Source of the DNA: Phyllosticta citribraziliensis
Taxonomy: Eukaryota
Assembly (NCBI RefSeq): GCF_038025025.1
Contig: NW_027117345.1
Location: 1,612,001 to 1,676,000, forward strand
Direction: 5' to 3'
DNA: 64,000 nt
Position numbers and translations under genes: made by a program. The first letter of the stretch is position 1; every line of letters begins with the position of its first letter. The notes below the pieces were generated by a model. That model had not been told where the DNA came from, did not search any database, and saw nothing but the letters and a program-made list of their open reading frames with translations. Below are positions 52,935 to 64,000 of this stretch, piece by piece.

Positions 52935-53984
52935 TGTGGGGGGGTAAATAATGACGAGAGCGCGGGGGTATTCTGGCAGATTTTCCGGGATTGAGCGAGT
53001 TGCTTAGCCGTGAGAGGCGAGACGAGAGAGGAGAAGGAGGGCCGGAGGATAATAGCAACTGGCCAAAGGGGATTGGCGCGAGACAATCACACCACGAGGT
53101 GTTGGTTCTGCGGAAAGCTGCGAGCTGCAGGGTGCGCGGGCAACGGTAACGGAGCTATACTGTGTGACGGAGCACAGCAGGCGGGTAAACGGAGAGGGCG
53201 CCGCAGGTCGACCGAGGTCCGATGATTAGGTCTTCTTCCCGCTGACGAAGGTTGACAGAAAAACGACCGAGAGTAGCAAAGAGCTCGCCAGGATTGCAAT
53301 GGGTGGGAGGTGGTGTTTTGACTGCTTCGTCCCGCAAAATAATTAAGCTTTCGTCAGAGTCCGACGTCGGAGCAAGGCACAACAACGTCAGTGCATGGAC
53401 CCTGGCAGCGACCACGAGCGGGACCCTTCCTTCTTCAGCCTCAGCATCTGATGTGCATACTGTATACATGTCTATCATACAACCTCTACAGTGTATCAAT
53501 ATTCCGCTCTCCCACCCCCGAAATCTCATCGACGTTTCTACTCATCATCTGAACGACTTTTAAACATCCATTCGTGCGCCCTCGCGCTGCCTACCGCATC
53601 TATGCTGTAACAACCGGGCCATGCTGCTTCCGTCTCGCATCAATCAGTACTTTTGGTCTGGCTGCCCGTTTCCTTGTGCCTAGAGGTGTGAAAACCCAAA
53701 TGAACCACCCAACCGCGCTTTGCACACCAACCGCATCAACTGATTTGAATATTTTGGGGAATTGTTGGCTCTCACTGCCCGCAGCCCGCATCCCTTCCAC
53801 TACGAATCACGCTGTCCCCCTTACCGGTCAATCCATAAGACCGTGGTATGCCTCCTTTGCTAGCATGTTAAAGAAAAATGAGGAGACTTGAGAAGTGGGA
53901 TGGAAGAAGAACTTAAGGAAATCAAGAAAAGCGCTCCGGCGTCTCCCTCGCGAAAGACCAGCCGAATGGCAGGTTCAAGACATC

Positions 53985-56900
53985 TCAACGGGCTCTCGCC
54001 TTGGTGTTGGCATAGAGCAACTTGAATCCGTTCTTCAGACTGCGCATGTCCGGATACATGTTCCTCTGCAGCTCAAAGGCGTTGGGGATGATCTTGACAG
54101 GCCAAGCTTGAAATGGCGCGTCACGGCCGGCTTTGAAGCAGAGGTAAAAGTAGCCCGGAAACTGTGGGCAAAGGCAGAAGGCGTACATGCTGCGCTTGGG
54201 GTTGGCCTCGGTGTAAGTCGAAAGCCATGCTTCTGTTAGATACGTTAGCCTCAGTGTGCCATGTGCAAGATTTGAAATGCGGTCATCATCGCTTACCAGT
54301 CTGCGCCCTCGTGCCGTTGTTGTACTTCTCATCGCCCATCATCTCCTCCACCTTCTTCGCCATGGCTTTGACGTGGCCGACAATCAACTCGTCGAGATCC
54401 GAGTAGGTGAACTTGCCGCCAATCTTGAGAGTGCGGCCCAGAGAAAACTCATTCTCTTTGTCCAACTCCAGGACGTCAATGTGTTGATACACACCATCAG
54501 CCACCTTCCAGGTCACAGCCAAGTGATCCAGGCCCCTGCCTGATGGTCGGATCACCACATCACCACGACTGTGACTGCCCAAGAACTCTTCGGCCTGGGC
54601 GGCATTGAAAGGCCGGAACAGCGGGTGCTTGATGACGCGCTGGGCGCGGCCCGTCTTGCTCTCTTTATCTTTTGCCTCGGCGTCCCTGTCAGCCTGCTCT
54701 TGTTCAAAGTCCCACTCGCCTTGCTGCCGCTCAATGTGCCTCTCGAAGCCCGACTTGAGAGATTGCTCGTCGAGAGATATTGTCGCGCTGAAACCTTTGC
54801 GATTCAGGAAAAGGAGCTTCGCCTGGACGGTCTGGTTCGATTGGAACACCTGGCGTGGGTCCACACCGCGGTCGCCGCCAACGCTGCGGGGCAAGTTGTG
54901 CTCATCCGCTACTGCTTCGACACCACAATCCAGGCGCGCTTCGACGCGGTCGGGGAACACGCGACGAATCTTGACAGGAACAATCATACCCTCTGTCAGC
55001 GATTCCCGAGTCTCACCTGTCAACATGGTGAAGACTTCTTCCGAGTTGAGGTAACTGTACTTGTTACGCAGTTCCTCGTAGGGGACTTGCAACTCAGCGC
55101 GGATGGTCTCGAGGGTGGCGCGCTTCTTTTGGTTGAATTGTTGCTCCAGCTGTTCGGCATATTCTTCCAAAACGAGATCGTTGACCTTGTCTTGAGCCTC
55201 ATCACGCACCAGGCGCTTGACCACCGCAGCAGGTCCGTTCTCGTCGACCTCGGCCTTGATGTCTTCCTCGTCCATTTCGAGCGCGTCGGCAGCCATCTTG
55301 CGGCCAAGCTCGTAGTCTTCGGGGTGCACACGAGTGCCGTCGAGATACTCGGATTCGGGATCGGTAGACTCGTGCGGGATGTACAGGAAGCTGGCGCAGT
55401 TTGTCCACACCTTGAAACCAACGGCCGGCATGATTTTCTTGTCTGGATCGCCGACCAGTTCATCTCGGCTGTTGACCACGCCTCCGTTGAGGTTGATGAC
55501 CTTGAGAAGTTGCTGTGCCTTGCGGGGACCAAGGCCACATACGTGCGGCAGAAGGGTAGCCAGGTATGGATCTTGCAAGGCTTCGTTGATATCAACTCCC
55601 ACAAGGTTGACAATATCGACCAGCGCCATTTCCAAGTACTTCAGCAGTTTCTCTTGAGACAGGAGATTCTGATTCGGGTCGAAGGAGATGGATATGATGT
55701 CTTTTCCAAGAGCGGCGTACTCCTTGAGTGGGCTCTGGATGTAATGCCCAAGGGCGACACAGTACTTGACAAGAGATGGTACTCCGGGGTGCTCTATATT
55801 CGACCTGTCGCTGGTGTGGTAGAGTCTGGCGACCTCATCATTCACAATGACGACCTCCAGCTTGTCGTTCTTTTCTTGACCGTCTTCATCTTCATAGTCG
55901 GCGCCGCGGAGATCATGATCGTCGACAATCTGTTGGAGGTCCTTGAACAGCTTGCGAGTCTCGGCGGAGAAACCCGAAACTGCGAGGACGTCGGGCCGGA
56001 ATCCCCAAACCATTTTCTTGAAATCTTCAATCTCCTTGGCGTCGGCTATGTACTTCTCTTTGTTGCCTGGATGAAGGTCAATGTATTTGCCAGAATCTGT
56101 CATGAGACCTTCCTCGTTGACACACGCATAGCAAATCGCGTCTCTTCCAGGTATGCCGTTGCCATTCGAGAGCGCAATGACGCGTGGAATCGTGCCGAGG
56201 GCCATTCCCTTTGGCTTGTAAGGAGCCTGGTCCAGCTTCTCGGTGAATTTATCTCTGCAGGACTTGGCCAAGGAATTCTCGCACTCGTTGCGCAGAGACT
56301 CCTTGACTCCCTTGGAGATGATGCGGTCGAGTCGTGGCAGTGCAATGGACAAAATCTCGCGTCGCAGGTCATTCCAGGCTTGAGCTACATCACTGCGGTT
56401 GTCTGTGCAGAAAATGTCTTCGAAGTCCTTCCTGATACGGTCTTGGTCCTGCAAGCGGATCTTAACTTCGACCATGCCCTCATCCTCGGCTTTAAGCATG
56501 CGAAGGAAGAGTTCTGGTCTACGAGCCACGGCCGAGTAACCTTGGTTGCGGAGGTACTTGAATTCGTAGTAGGGATGGTCATCTGTGATTTTCCGCAATC
56601 CTTTCTCGGTGCGGTAAACGTCCAAAAGACCGTTCTCGTAGTAAAGTCGCCTCATGACGTGGCGCATTCGTGGACTCATGATTAGCTCCTCGGCGAAGGT
56701 CGTCTTGGCAGCACGAAGCACGTTCTTTCCAGTGTTGTACTCTTCGTCGATGAGGCTGTCGGCCATGTCCTCGGGCGCCTCCTGGGGGTCCTCTGTGTAC
56801 ACTCGATGGCCGTCCCTGTTGAGATTGTGCGCCAGGTCATCAGATGCAATGCCAACAGCGCGCACGAGGCTGTAGGCCTTGCTGGCACGCATCCTCTCCC

Positions 56901-58419
56901 ATCGCGTAGAGCTGGCGCGAGCTTTCTTTTGAACGCCCGTCGACTCTGACTCGGCGATTTCTACGTCCTTAAGCTGGGCCGAGTATTGGAAATGCACATA
57001 GTCCTGGATATCCTGAATCTCCTCAATGGTCTCCGCCTTGTCGAGCAAAGTCTCCAACACCTCGTCCTTGATTGATGAAAAACTGCCCAGGTTGTCACGG
57101 GTCCGTTGCAAGGCCTCAACCTTTTCCATGTAGGCGCGGAATTTGAGATCGAGCTCGAATATTTCCCACAGATGAGCTTGGGTCAGGAGTCGCTGGGGTC
57201 CCGCATTTGCGTCGGCATCATCAGGATCTTGGTCCGTGCTGGAGTGGATGAGGTAGTCTTTCCTGTGGTTGAAGATGAAGGGAACCTCCAGGTCCTCGAG
57301 GTTCATGAATTCAAGCACTTTCCGAACCGCTTGCTGGAAGGGCTCGAGCAAGGAAGGGCTGAGCCGCGTCTTGGGCCAAAGCAGCTTCGATATCCAGACG
57401 TATTCCGTATTCAATCTTGTCGTCATGTCTTCCTCGGACAGCTCAAGCTCCTTGAAAGGCTTCCGGGCAATCTGGAAGCGCTCCGGGACGTCGTTGAAGC
57501 GAATAATGTCGTCCTCTTCCGTCATCATTTTCTCGGCAAGTTGCGCCGGCTCGAAGACGTCCTTGAGCTCCAGCGGCTTCTCGTCGCCACGGTCCTCCTC
57601 ATCCATCTCTTCCTGAAGTTGCAGCGCCCAGTCGTATTCTGTGCCATCACCGAACGCGTTGCGGTAGTCCTCCATTTCAGCCTCATCCAAGCCAGCCTCG
57701 GGGAACCCAACGACGCCCGGCATTCGTTTGCCAGGCCTGGCCACCTCGCGGTCTTCCTCGTCCTGCAGACCTTCCTCGTCTTCGAACACGTCTTCTTCGA
57801 TGAAGTCGGCAAACTCGTCGTTGATGCCGCCCCTAGGCTCGCGACGCGAAGGGCGCTCGTCGTATCCATCGCCGAGGTCGTCGTCTTCGTCGGAGAAAAT
57901 TTCGTCTACGCCGCGGGGTGCCCTGGGGGAGCGTTCTTCTCGGTGGCCACGCTTGAGTCGCTTAAACTTGGACTGTTGGGGGGGTTAGAAGATGATCAAG
58001 CTACGAGTCGGGCTACACAGACCTGAGTGGGTTCCTCACGCGGAACCGTCTCGCCAATGAGGTCGAGATCTTCCTCGTCAAGGGCGGCTTCCTCCTCTTC
58101 GCGTTGCTCGCGCCTCCGCTTGCGCTTCTCGCGTCTTCGAGCCTTGCGGTCCTCCTCATCATCCTCATCCTCATCCACGATGAAGCCTTCGCGGACCTGC
58201 GACGTGTTAACAATTGGACCGTGGTGAGGCGCGCGTGCATGCACTTACGGCGCGGGCTGCCTCCTCGTCGTCATCGTCGTCTTCCTCCTCGCTGGAGTCA
58301 TCGACGCCTGGAGCACGATTGCCATTGCGCTGCTTCTGCTCGCCGTTTTCCTCGTCGTAGTCGCCGTCGTCCGATTCACTGCCCAGCTCAGCAGCGACAT
58401 CGAGCAGGGAGGCGGCCAT
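53985..58419 (-). CDS. SPT6: Transcription elongation factor / histone chaperone Spt6
   Basis: Acidic N-terminus ([18 protein letters not shown]), [27 protein letters not shown]2 region RVIKHPLF...HIDVLEL; three introns. Confidence 0.95.
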
Positions 58420-58670
58420 GTTGGGGTGAGGATACGGCAACGGGGAAGGAAAGAGGGAAGAGTGGCGAGGGTAGAGCGCGTCTCGAGAGGCGGCAGGCTG
58501 AGAAGGAGGGTGAGGCGGTGGGCGAGAGGTGAGTGTTGAGGGCGCAGGGAGTCTTGATGTTTGGTAGCAATGGAACAGACTTGAGCTCGCGGGCCAAGGA
58601 AGATGGCGCTAACAGCGAGGGCGGTGACGGAGGCATCCGAAGAACGGCCGCGGTCGTCCGCGTTGGCAGT

Positions 58671-58715
58671 GGAGCGGAGAGGAGCGGAGCGGAGAGGAGC
58701 GGAGCGGAGAGCGGA
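58671..58715. repeat. (CGGAG/AGGAG)n pentanucleotide microsatellite upstream of SPT6
   Basis: ggagcggagaggagcggagcggagaggagcggagcggagagcgga read directly. Confidence 0.8.
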
Positions 58716-59685
58716 CATCACGTGAGAGTTCGTTAGCGGAGGGGGTCGGAGGAGGAGCGGAGGTGGAGGGCACGCATGGATGCATGTCAGACCACAGAGA
58801 CGCCCGGAGATGCACGACTTGACCTCAACCAATCGAATCTTTGCTTGGCCGGCGCACAGCACAGCACAGCACACCCTCGCCCTCACCCTCACCCTCACCA
58901 CCAGATCTGCTAACATGGAGACACAGCTCAAGTCCGTCTAATGAATGCTCGCGCTGATCGTGGGCGCGCTGGTTCCACGTGAAACTCGCGTCCGGGTGCG
59001 CTGGAGCCCAGGCGACCCGGGCTTCATGGTCGTCGGCCGTGATTGATGCGGATCACGCTCCTCTTCTCCGCAGCCACGAGAGTGAAACAAGACCCGCTGT
59101 CGCAGCCAGCCCGTCGTGGTTGGTGCATCATGACATTCAAACGTTGAAATAGCGACGCCTCTCCTCGCCGGCCTGGACGTTCTGAGGTGTACCCTTTGTC
59201 AACCTACCTGTACTAACCAACCCTGTCCGTCCTGCCAGGGCCTGCGTCATCCACGACTTGGTTTAGCCCAAGCCACCACGGCTTCTTTCGTCAACCACTA
59301 GTTGCTTCCAGCTGCTCTCTGCTGCTGCGCACAACTCCATCTCGCCCTCTCCTCCTCTCTGCTGACGCCAGGCCCTCGCAATCTTTGCTTCCCACCACCA
59401 GACCCACTCGCAACCCCCAAAGCGGCAATCCAATAGTCGTACCGCCGCACTGCACAACGGCCACCACCTCCTGTCGCCTGCACCCTGCCGATTGGCGCAT
59501 CCCGCCGACTCCTCGCACCCCACGCCGAACCTGCTCATAACCGCCGCAACCACAGGCCCGTCCTGCGGCCGCCATCCAACCCACCTAACCTACCCTCTTA
59601 CTCTCTTTCTCCCTTCCGACTCCGCTCGCTCGCCACTCCCGACCTATACGACGCCGCCGCAGTCCCCCGCGCGCATTTGCCCGAC

Positions 59686-61232
59686 ATGGCCGACCAGTTC
59701 AAGACAAGGACTATGAAGAGGAAGAACGTCAAGGGCCTGGCCCTGAATGCGCCTCAGCCCAGGACCATGCAGTCTGGCGCTGACGCTCAGATGCCTGGTT
59801 CCCGCAGAGACGACGACGACAGAGCCGCCGGCCAGCTCGAAATCGGCGTCGAATTCAGGCTGGACCTGCGAGCCGAAGATCTCATCGTGCTCAAGGAGCT
59901 CGGTCACGGCAACGGCGGCACCGTGAGCAAGGTGCAGCATGCCGCGACAAAGGCCATAATGGCGCGCAAGGTGCGTTTCTTGAGACGAGACGGTGGATGC
60001 CGCGCCCTTGGTTAATGCGCCCTCCAGATCATCCACGTCGAAGCCAAAAACGAGGTCCGGAAAAGAATTGTGCGTGAGCTACGCATCATGCACGATTGCG
60101 CCTGCCCCTACATCGTGTCCTTCTACGGCGCCTTCCAGAATGATTCCGGAGACGTCGTCATGTGCATGGAATACATGGACTGCGGGTACGCTTCGACGCT
60201 TGACTCGTCGGGACATGGTTCAAGGCTAACTTGGCACTAGCTCTCTCGACTCCATATCCAAAAACTTTGGCCCCGTCCGAGTCGATGTCCTCGGAAAGAT
60301 TGCTGAAGCAGTCCTCGGCGGCTTGACCTACCTCTACAAACAACACCGCATCATGCATCGCGACATGAAACCCTCAAACATACTAGTCAACTCCAGGGGA
60401 CAGATCAAGATTTGCGACTTTGGTGTGTCAAGCGAGTTGGAAGGCTCCGTGGCCGAGACGTTCGTCGGCACAGGCACCTACATGGCACCTGAGAGAATAC
60501 AAGGTGCCAAGTACACGGTCAAGTCAGACGTGTGGAGCGTCGGTCTGACTTTGATGGAACTCGCGATTGGAAAGTTTCCTTTCAACAACAGCGACGCGGA
60601 CGATGAGACCGGCGGACCGCAGGGCATTCTTGACCTGCTCCAACAAATTGTCCTGGAACCAGCCCCCAAGCTCCCCAAGAGCGACGCCTTCCCCACCATC
60701 TTGGAGGACATGATAGCGCGCTGCCTGATGAAAGACCCAGAGCAGCGCCCCACTCCCCAAGAGCTCTATGTGCGTACCTCTGTCCAAAGCTGGGTCGAGT
60801 GTTGCTAATCCGTCTTACCAGGAATCCGATGCCTTCATTCTTGCCGCAAAGCGCACCCCTGTCGACCTTGCCGCCTGGGCAGTGAGCATGATGGAACGCC
60901 AGAACCGCAAGTCACATCTGGCACCACGCCCGCATAGCGCCAAAACTCGCGAAATGCTTCGCTCCTCGCCAAACCACAGCCCGCCGTCTTCAGTCTCCGC
61001 AAACCAAAACGACCGCAACCACGGTACCTCCAGCTCTTCCGGCCAGACTCCACGCTCCGCAACCAGCCAAGAATCCTCTGGCGCACGGAACGGCGACAGG
61101 CTTGATCGTCCTTCCTACCCGACACGCGCCAGTAGTACAGGTCAACTGAGTGGAGGTCAGCCGATGCAATTGCCCATCCGCCCAGCACCACCGCCAACGA
61201 CCCCACTGCCGCATCCACCTCGGGGAATCTAA
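59686..61232 (+). CDS. STE7: MAP kinase kinase Ste7/MkkB/Mek2
   Basis: D-site MKRKNVKGLAL, ELGHGNGGTV, HRDMKPSN, DFGVSSELEGSVAETFVGT, YMAPERIQG; three introns. Confidence 0.93.
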
Positions 61233-61810
61233 TCTCGGGGACAAGACAAACAAGACACGAGAGGGACCTTGTTGGTGGAAGTTCTCCACATGTGAGAACC
61301 ATGTCTTGAAAGTGCAAGGTTTACACTTGAAACCATCATCCACATAGAGCATGTCAATGTGGACTACTTCAAGTGAATCAAACAAACCTTTTCATTAAGT
61401 TTCTTGGAAAAGATAGAGGGGGGACGATGATGATCCAAATCCAACACCCAAACAGGGAGTTTTTTGCTACCATTCAGACTTTTTCCAAACTGCGTTTGTG
61501 CGGGCACCGTTGTTATTTCTCCAGCTTTTTTGTCGTTGTTTTCTTGTGTGTGAAGTAGCAGCATGGCTGGGCGCTTGTTACTTTTCTTGACTTTTGTTCC
61601 TCCCATTCTTCCCGCATTTGGTCGGTCAAAGCCGTTGTGCGATTCTGGCGGTGGTGGTTGATTTGTTGGCTGATTTCATTTGGGAATGGCGCATTTGGGT
61701 GCGTGTGAGGAGGCTCCATGCGCGAGGAGGTGCTGACCGGCGCGTGGTCCCTTGTAGAGGAGAAGTTGATGCAGATCAAATGTAAAACATTGACAATGCG
61801 TGTGCTGTCA

Positions 61811-62250
61811 CTGGGAGCATTCGTGAGCCGTTACAAGGTGAATATGCTTAGGGAGCATCTGTACATGTACCAAGGCAGTGGGCACCTAAGGAACATTCAT
61901 AAACTCACCCCCGCGATGTGCAAGGAGCATTCATCAGCTAAGGTGGGTTAGCATTAGGAGCATTCTCACGTTTACTCCTTGGGCAGCAGCTAAGGAGCAT
62001 TCATGGCCTATTTATTGCCTTTCAACTCAGGGAGCATTCAAACGCTATAACCGGTATAGCTGAGGAGCGTTCATACATGTACTCGTTGGACAGGAGGGTA
62101 AGGAGCATTTAAAAGATACGACTGGTACAGTCTAGGAGCATTCATGCGTTTACTCCCTATATAGAAGGATAGGGAGCGTTCATAAGCTGCAGTGAGTCGG
62201 CTTAGGGAGCATTTAAATGATACTACAGATACAGCCCAGGAGAATTCATA
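61811..62250. repeat. Regularly interspaced short-repeat array (13 copies of GGAGCATTY core, period 33-38 nt, divergent spacers)
   Basis: Core starts at 61814, 61852, 61890, 61924, 61957, 61994, 62031, 62064, 62102, 62135, 62173, 62206, 62239; consensus about TA(A/G)GGAGCATTCAT. Confidence 0.92.
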
Positions 62251-62371
62251 CCCACCCCTAACTGCCTAACCCGCCATATGCATATACACATCCTACACAT
62301 TCCTAGTAACCGAACCTATCTTCCGTAGCACGTATTTCAATCCATTAAGCAGCCTTAATCCTCACCAAACA

Positions 62372-62518
62372 GCGGAGTGTCATAGTGGTTAGAGCACATG
62401 CTGATGATAGTAGATCATAGAATTGCCCGATTGGGCAAGAACGTAGAACTGAAGTAAACCCTTTCATCCATTATAGACTATTTATCTAGTGATCCTCCGT
62501 TCGAACCCAAGCCGCCGC
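62372..62518 (+). pseudogene. Degenerate tRNA-like / Pol III type-2 element
   Basis: A-box/D-loop-like TGTCATAGTGGTTAGAGC (62378-62395), B-box/T-loop GTTCGAACCC (62499-62508), terminal GCGG/CCGC pairing; D and T stems poorly paired. Confidence 0.45.
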
Positions 62519-62682
62519 CGCCCCTGTACCTAGTCTAGTATGCTGGGTTGTCTTTCTGCTGCTCCTTAAGGTGAGTGAGCAGCTTATGCGGCGGATTTTC
62601 CAGCCTGCCGCCGACCTCGCGGACTACGTAGCCGCAATCAAGATTGAAGCCGGCCGGGTCTATGCGCACTATAGTTTGCCTA

Positions 62683-63598
62683 TCAGTCTACACTCCTATG
62701 CAAATGCAGGGGAACTTTACCAGGGACGTAGTGGGTTGGGATGGTGCCAAACTCGCAGTCCAAGCCTCTGGCAACGCACCTGGCGCAGGGCCAGGAAAAG
62801 TGCGCATGGCAGCGCCGATGCGAGATTGCGCGTTCGCCACAGCGGACAATCTTGTTGCCCCTGGTAGTGGCCTCAAGCGCGGTGTACGCGCGGACGAAAG
62901 TGCCCATAGGCGGGGGAGGAAGGCCTTCGGTCGCCCAATGGGGGGGAGGGCCGTCAAGGGGCCGTTTACCCCAGCCTTTGATGTCCTTGACCTTTTGTGC
63001 ATGTTCGGCCGTGATGGGCGCGAGCTGGGCGGGAGTCGAGGGTGGCGGCGGCGGCGGCGGAGCGGCGAGAGCAGGGTCAGGGGCTGCATGGCCCAGGGGA
63101 AGCTGGCCAACAGCTGGAGCTTGGTGGTGGTGGTGGTGCTGGTACGGCAGCTGCGGTGGCATGTTGTAAGGGTTGTCGGGACCCTGAGCGTTCTCGGCGG
63201 CGTGCAGCAGCTGGAAGTTTGCCATCGAATTCACTGTGATTCATGAGTTAGAAGATCCTACTGACAGAAGAGTAAACAAAGTACTGACCTGGCACCACTC
63301 CTGGCACCACTTGCTCCTGAGGAGCTTGCAGCTGCGCGTACTGCGCCTGCATGTGCTGCTGCTGCTGCTGCTCCGTGTTCTGGAGGCCGTCCTGGGGGCC
63401 ATCCTGGAGCTCCTGGCGACCATTGTGATGATCGATGCTGCGTCAGAGACACCGCGCCCACTCGAGAGCGGCCCAGGAAAGGTTTTTCATCCCACGAAAG
63501 CGGTCCGGGAGCGGCGTGTTCTCCTCGTGCCTCTCCAGGTTGGTCTCGTACTCAGCAAAGAGCCTGCTGCATACTGGACACTCGCATTCTCCTGGCAT
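62683..63598 (-). pseudogene. Disrupted gene with degenerate Zn(II)2Cys6-like cluster
   Basis: ATG 63598, in-frame TGA 63443-63445, Q-rich segment, intron 63234-63288 (GTCAGT..CTAAC..CAG) joining in frame to an exon with CGERAISHRRCHAHFSWPCARCVARGLDC. Confidence 0.6.
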
Positions 63599-64000
63599 GA
63601 TGTGGCGATGATGAGGCTCAAATAGGTCGAGATGGGGTAGGGCGAAAGAATGGCAGGTGAGTGTTGAGGTGATGCGAAAGGTGGTGGGATGGACAGGCTC
63701 TGAGTGGGCAGTATGGAAAAACATTGACCACCAAACGAAGTAATTGCTGTCGCCCTCCAGGCGCAACGCCGGCGCCTGTTTTGACCCTAGCCTCGACAAG
63801 ATAGGCCTCTTCTTCCATCAACACTGTATGGACCAACCTCGACATTGGACAGTAATTCCCACATGATGGAATTATCTGAGTTGCCTGCAGGTACGTGAGC
63901 TTTACCGCGAGCCACGTGGCGTTCGTATCAAGGAGAGAAAGCAAATACGATTCGAGACTGAAGATGACAGCAAGGAAACTTCCACCGGCTCCTGGGCCTT

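Noticed and set aside
54571..56685. 704-aa antisense ORF over SPT6 (likewise 51614-52627 over IDP1)
   Set aside because: Same antisense shadow effect with L/V/G-rich composition.
58941..58950. Inverted partial copy of the array motif (ATGAATGCTC) upstream of STE7
   Set aside because: A single 10-nt match that is plausibly chance; no flanking structure.
61811..62250. Calling the array a true CRISPR or a coding repeat
   Set aside because: Eukaryotic context, repeat of only about 9-14 nt, partly related spacers and no cas gene in the window; periods 34/37/38 break any reading frame.
62256..62272. CCCTAA/CCTAACCC telomere-like words next to the array
   Set aside because: Only two non-tandem partial units; insufficient evidence.

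Overview
Gene-dense, intron-containing chromosomal window from a filamentous ascomycete (GT-AG introns with CTRAC/CTAAC-type branch sites, short intergenic regions; the species cannot be determined here). Positions 1-61232 hold about 25 mostly housekeeping genes: a partial dynamin/Mx-like GTPase, GDP-mannose pyrophosphorylase, CDK1, AlkB, an SDR reductase, a SNF2 ATPase, TRM7, MAK5, LysRS, epoxide hydrolase, PGDH, GLO1, a roadblock/LAMTOR2-like protein, SUP35, YRB30, a BSD protein, TSR2, a lipase, a histidine phosphatase, eIF3i, NADP-IDH, SPT6 and STE7. The most unusual feature lies just after STE7: a non-coding, CRISPR-like array (61811-62250) of 13 copies of a short motif (consensus about TAAGGAGCATTCAT) spaced 33-38 nt apart, with divergent spacers that often form hairpins. 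It is followed by a degenerate tRNA-like A-box/B-box element and a disrupted Zn-cluster-like gene. No cas gene or transposase is visible. A second unexplained signal is a 2.7-kb gap without a recognisable gene (44979-47725) containing three copies of a 13-mer, each abutting a donor-splice-like site on the minus strand. Gene models and exon boundaries were read by eye; products are from motif recognition, not database searches.
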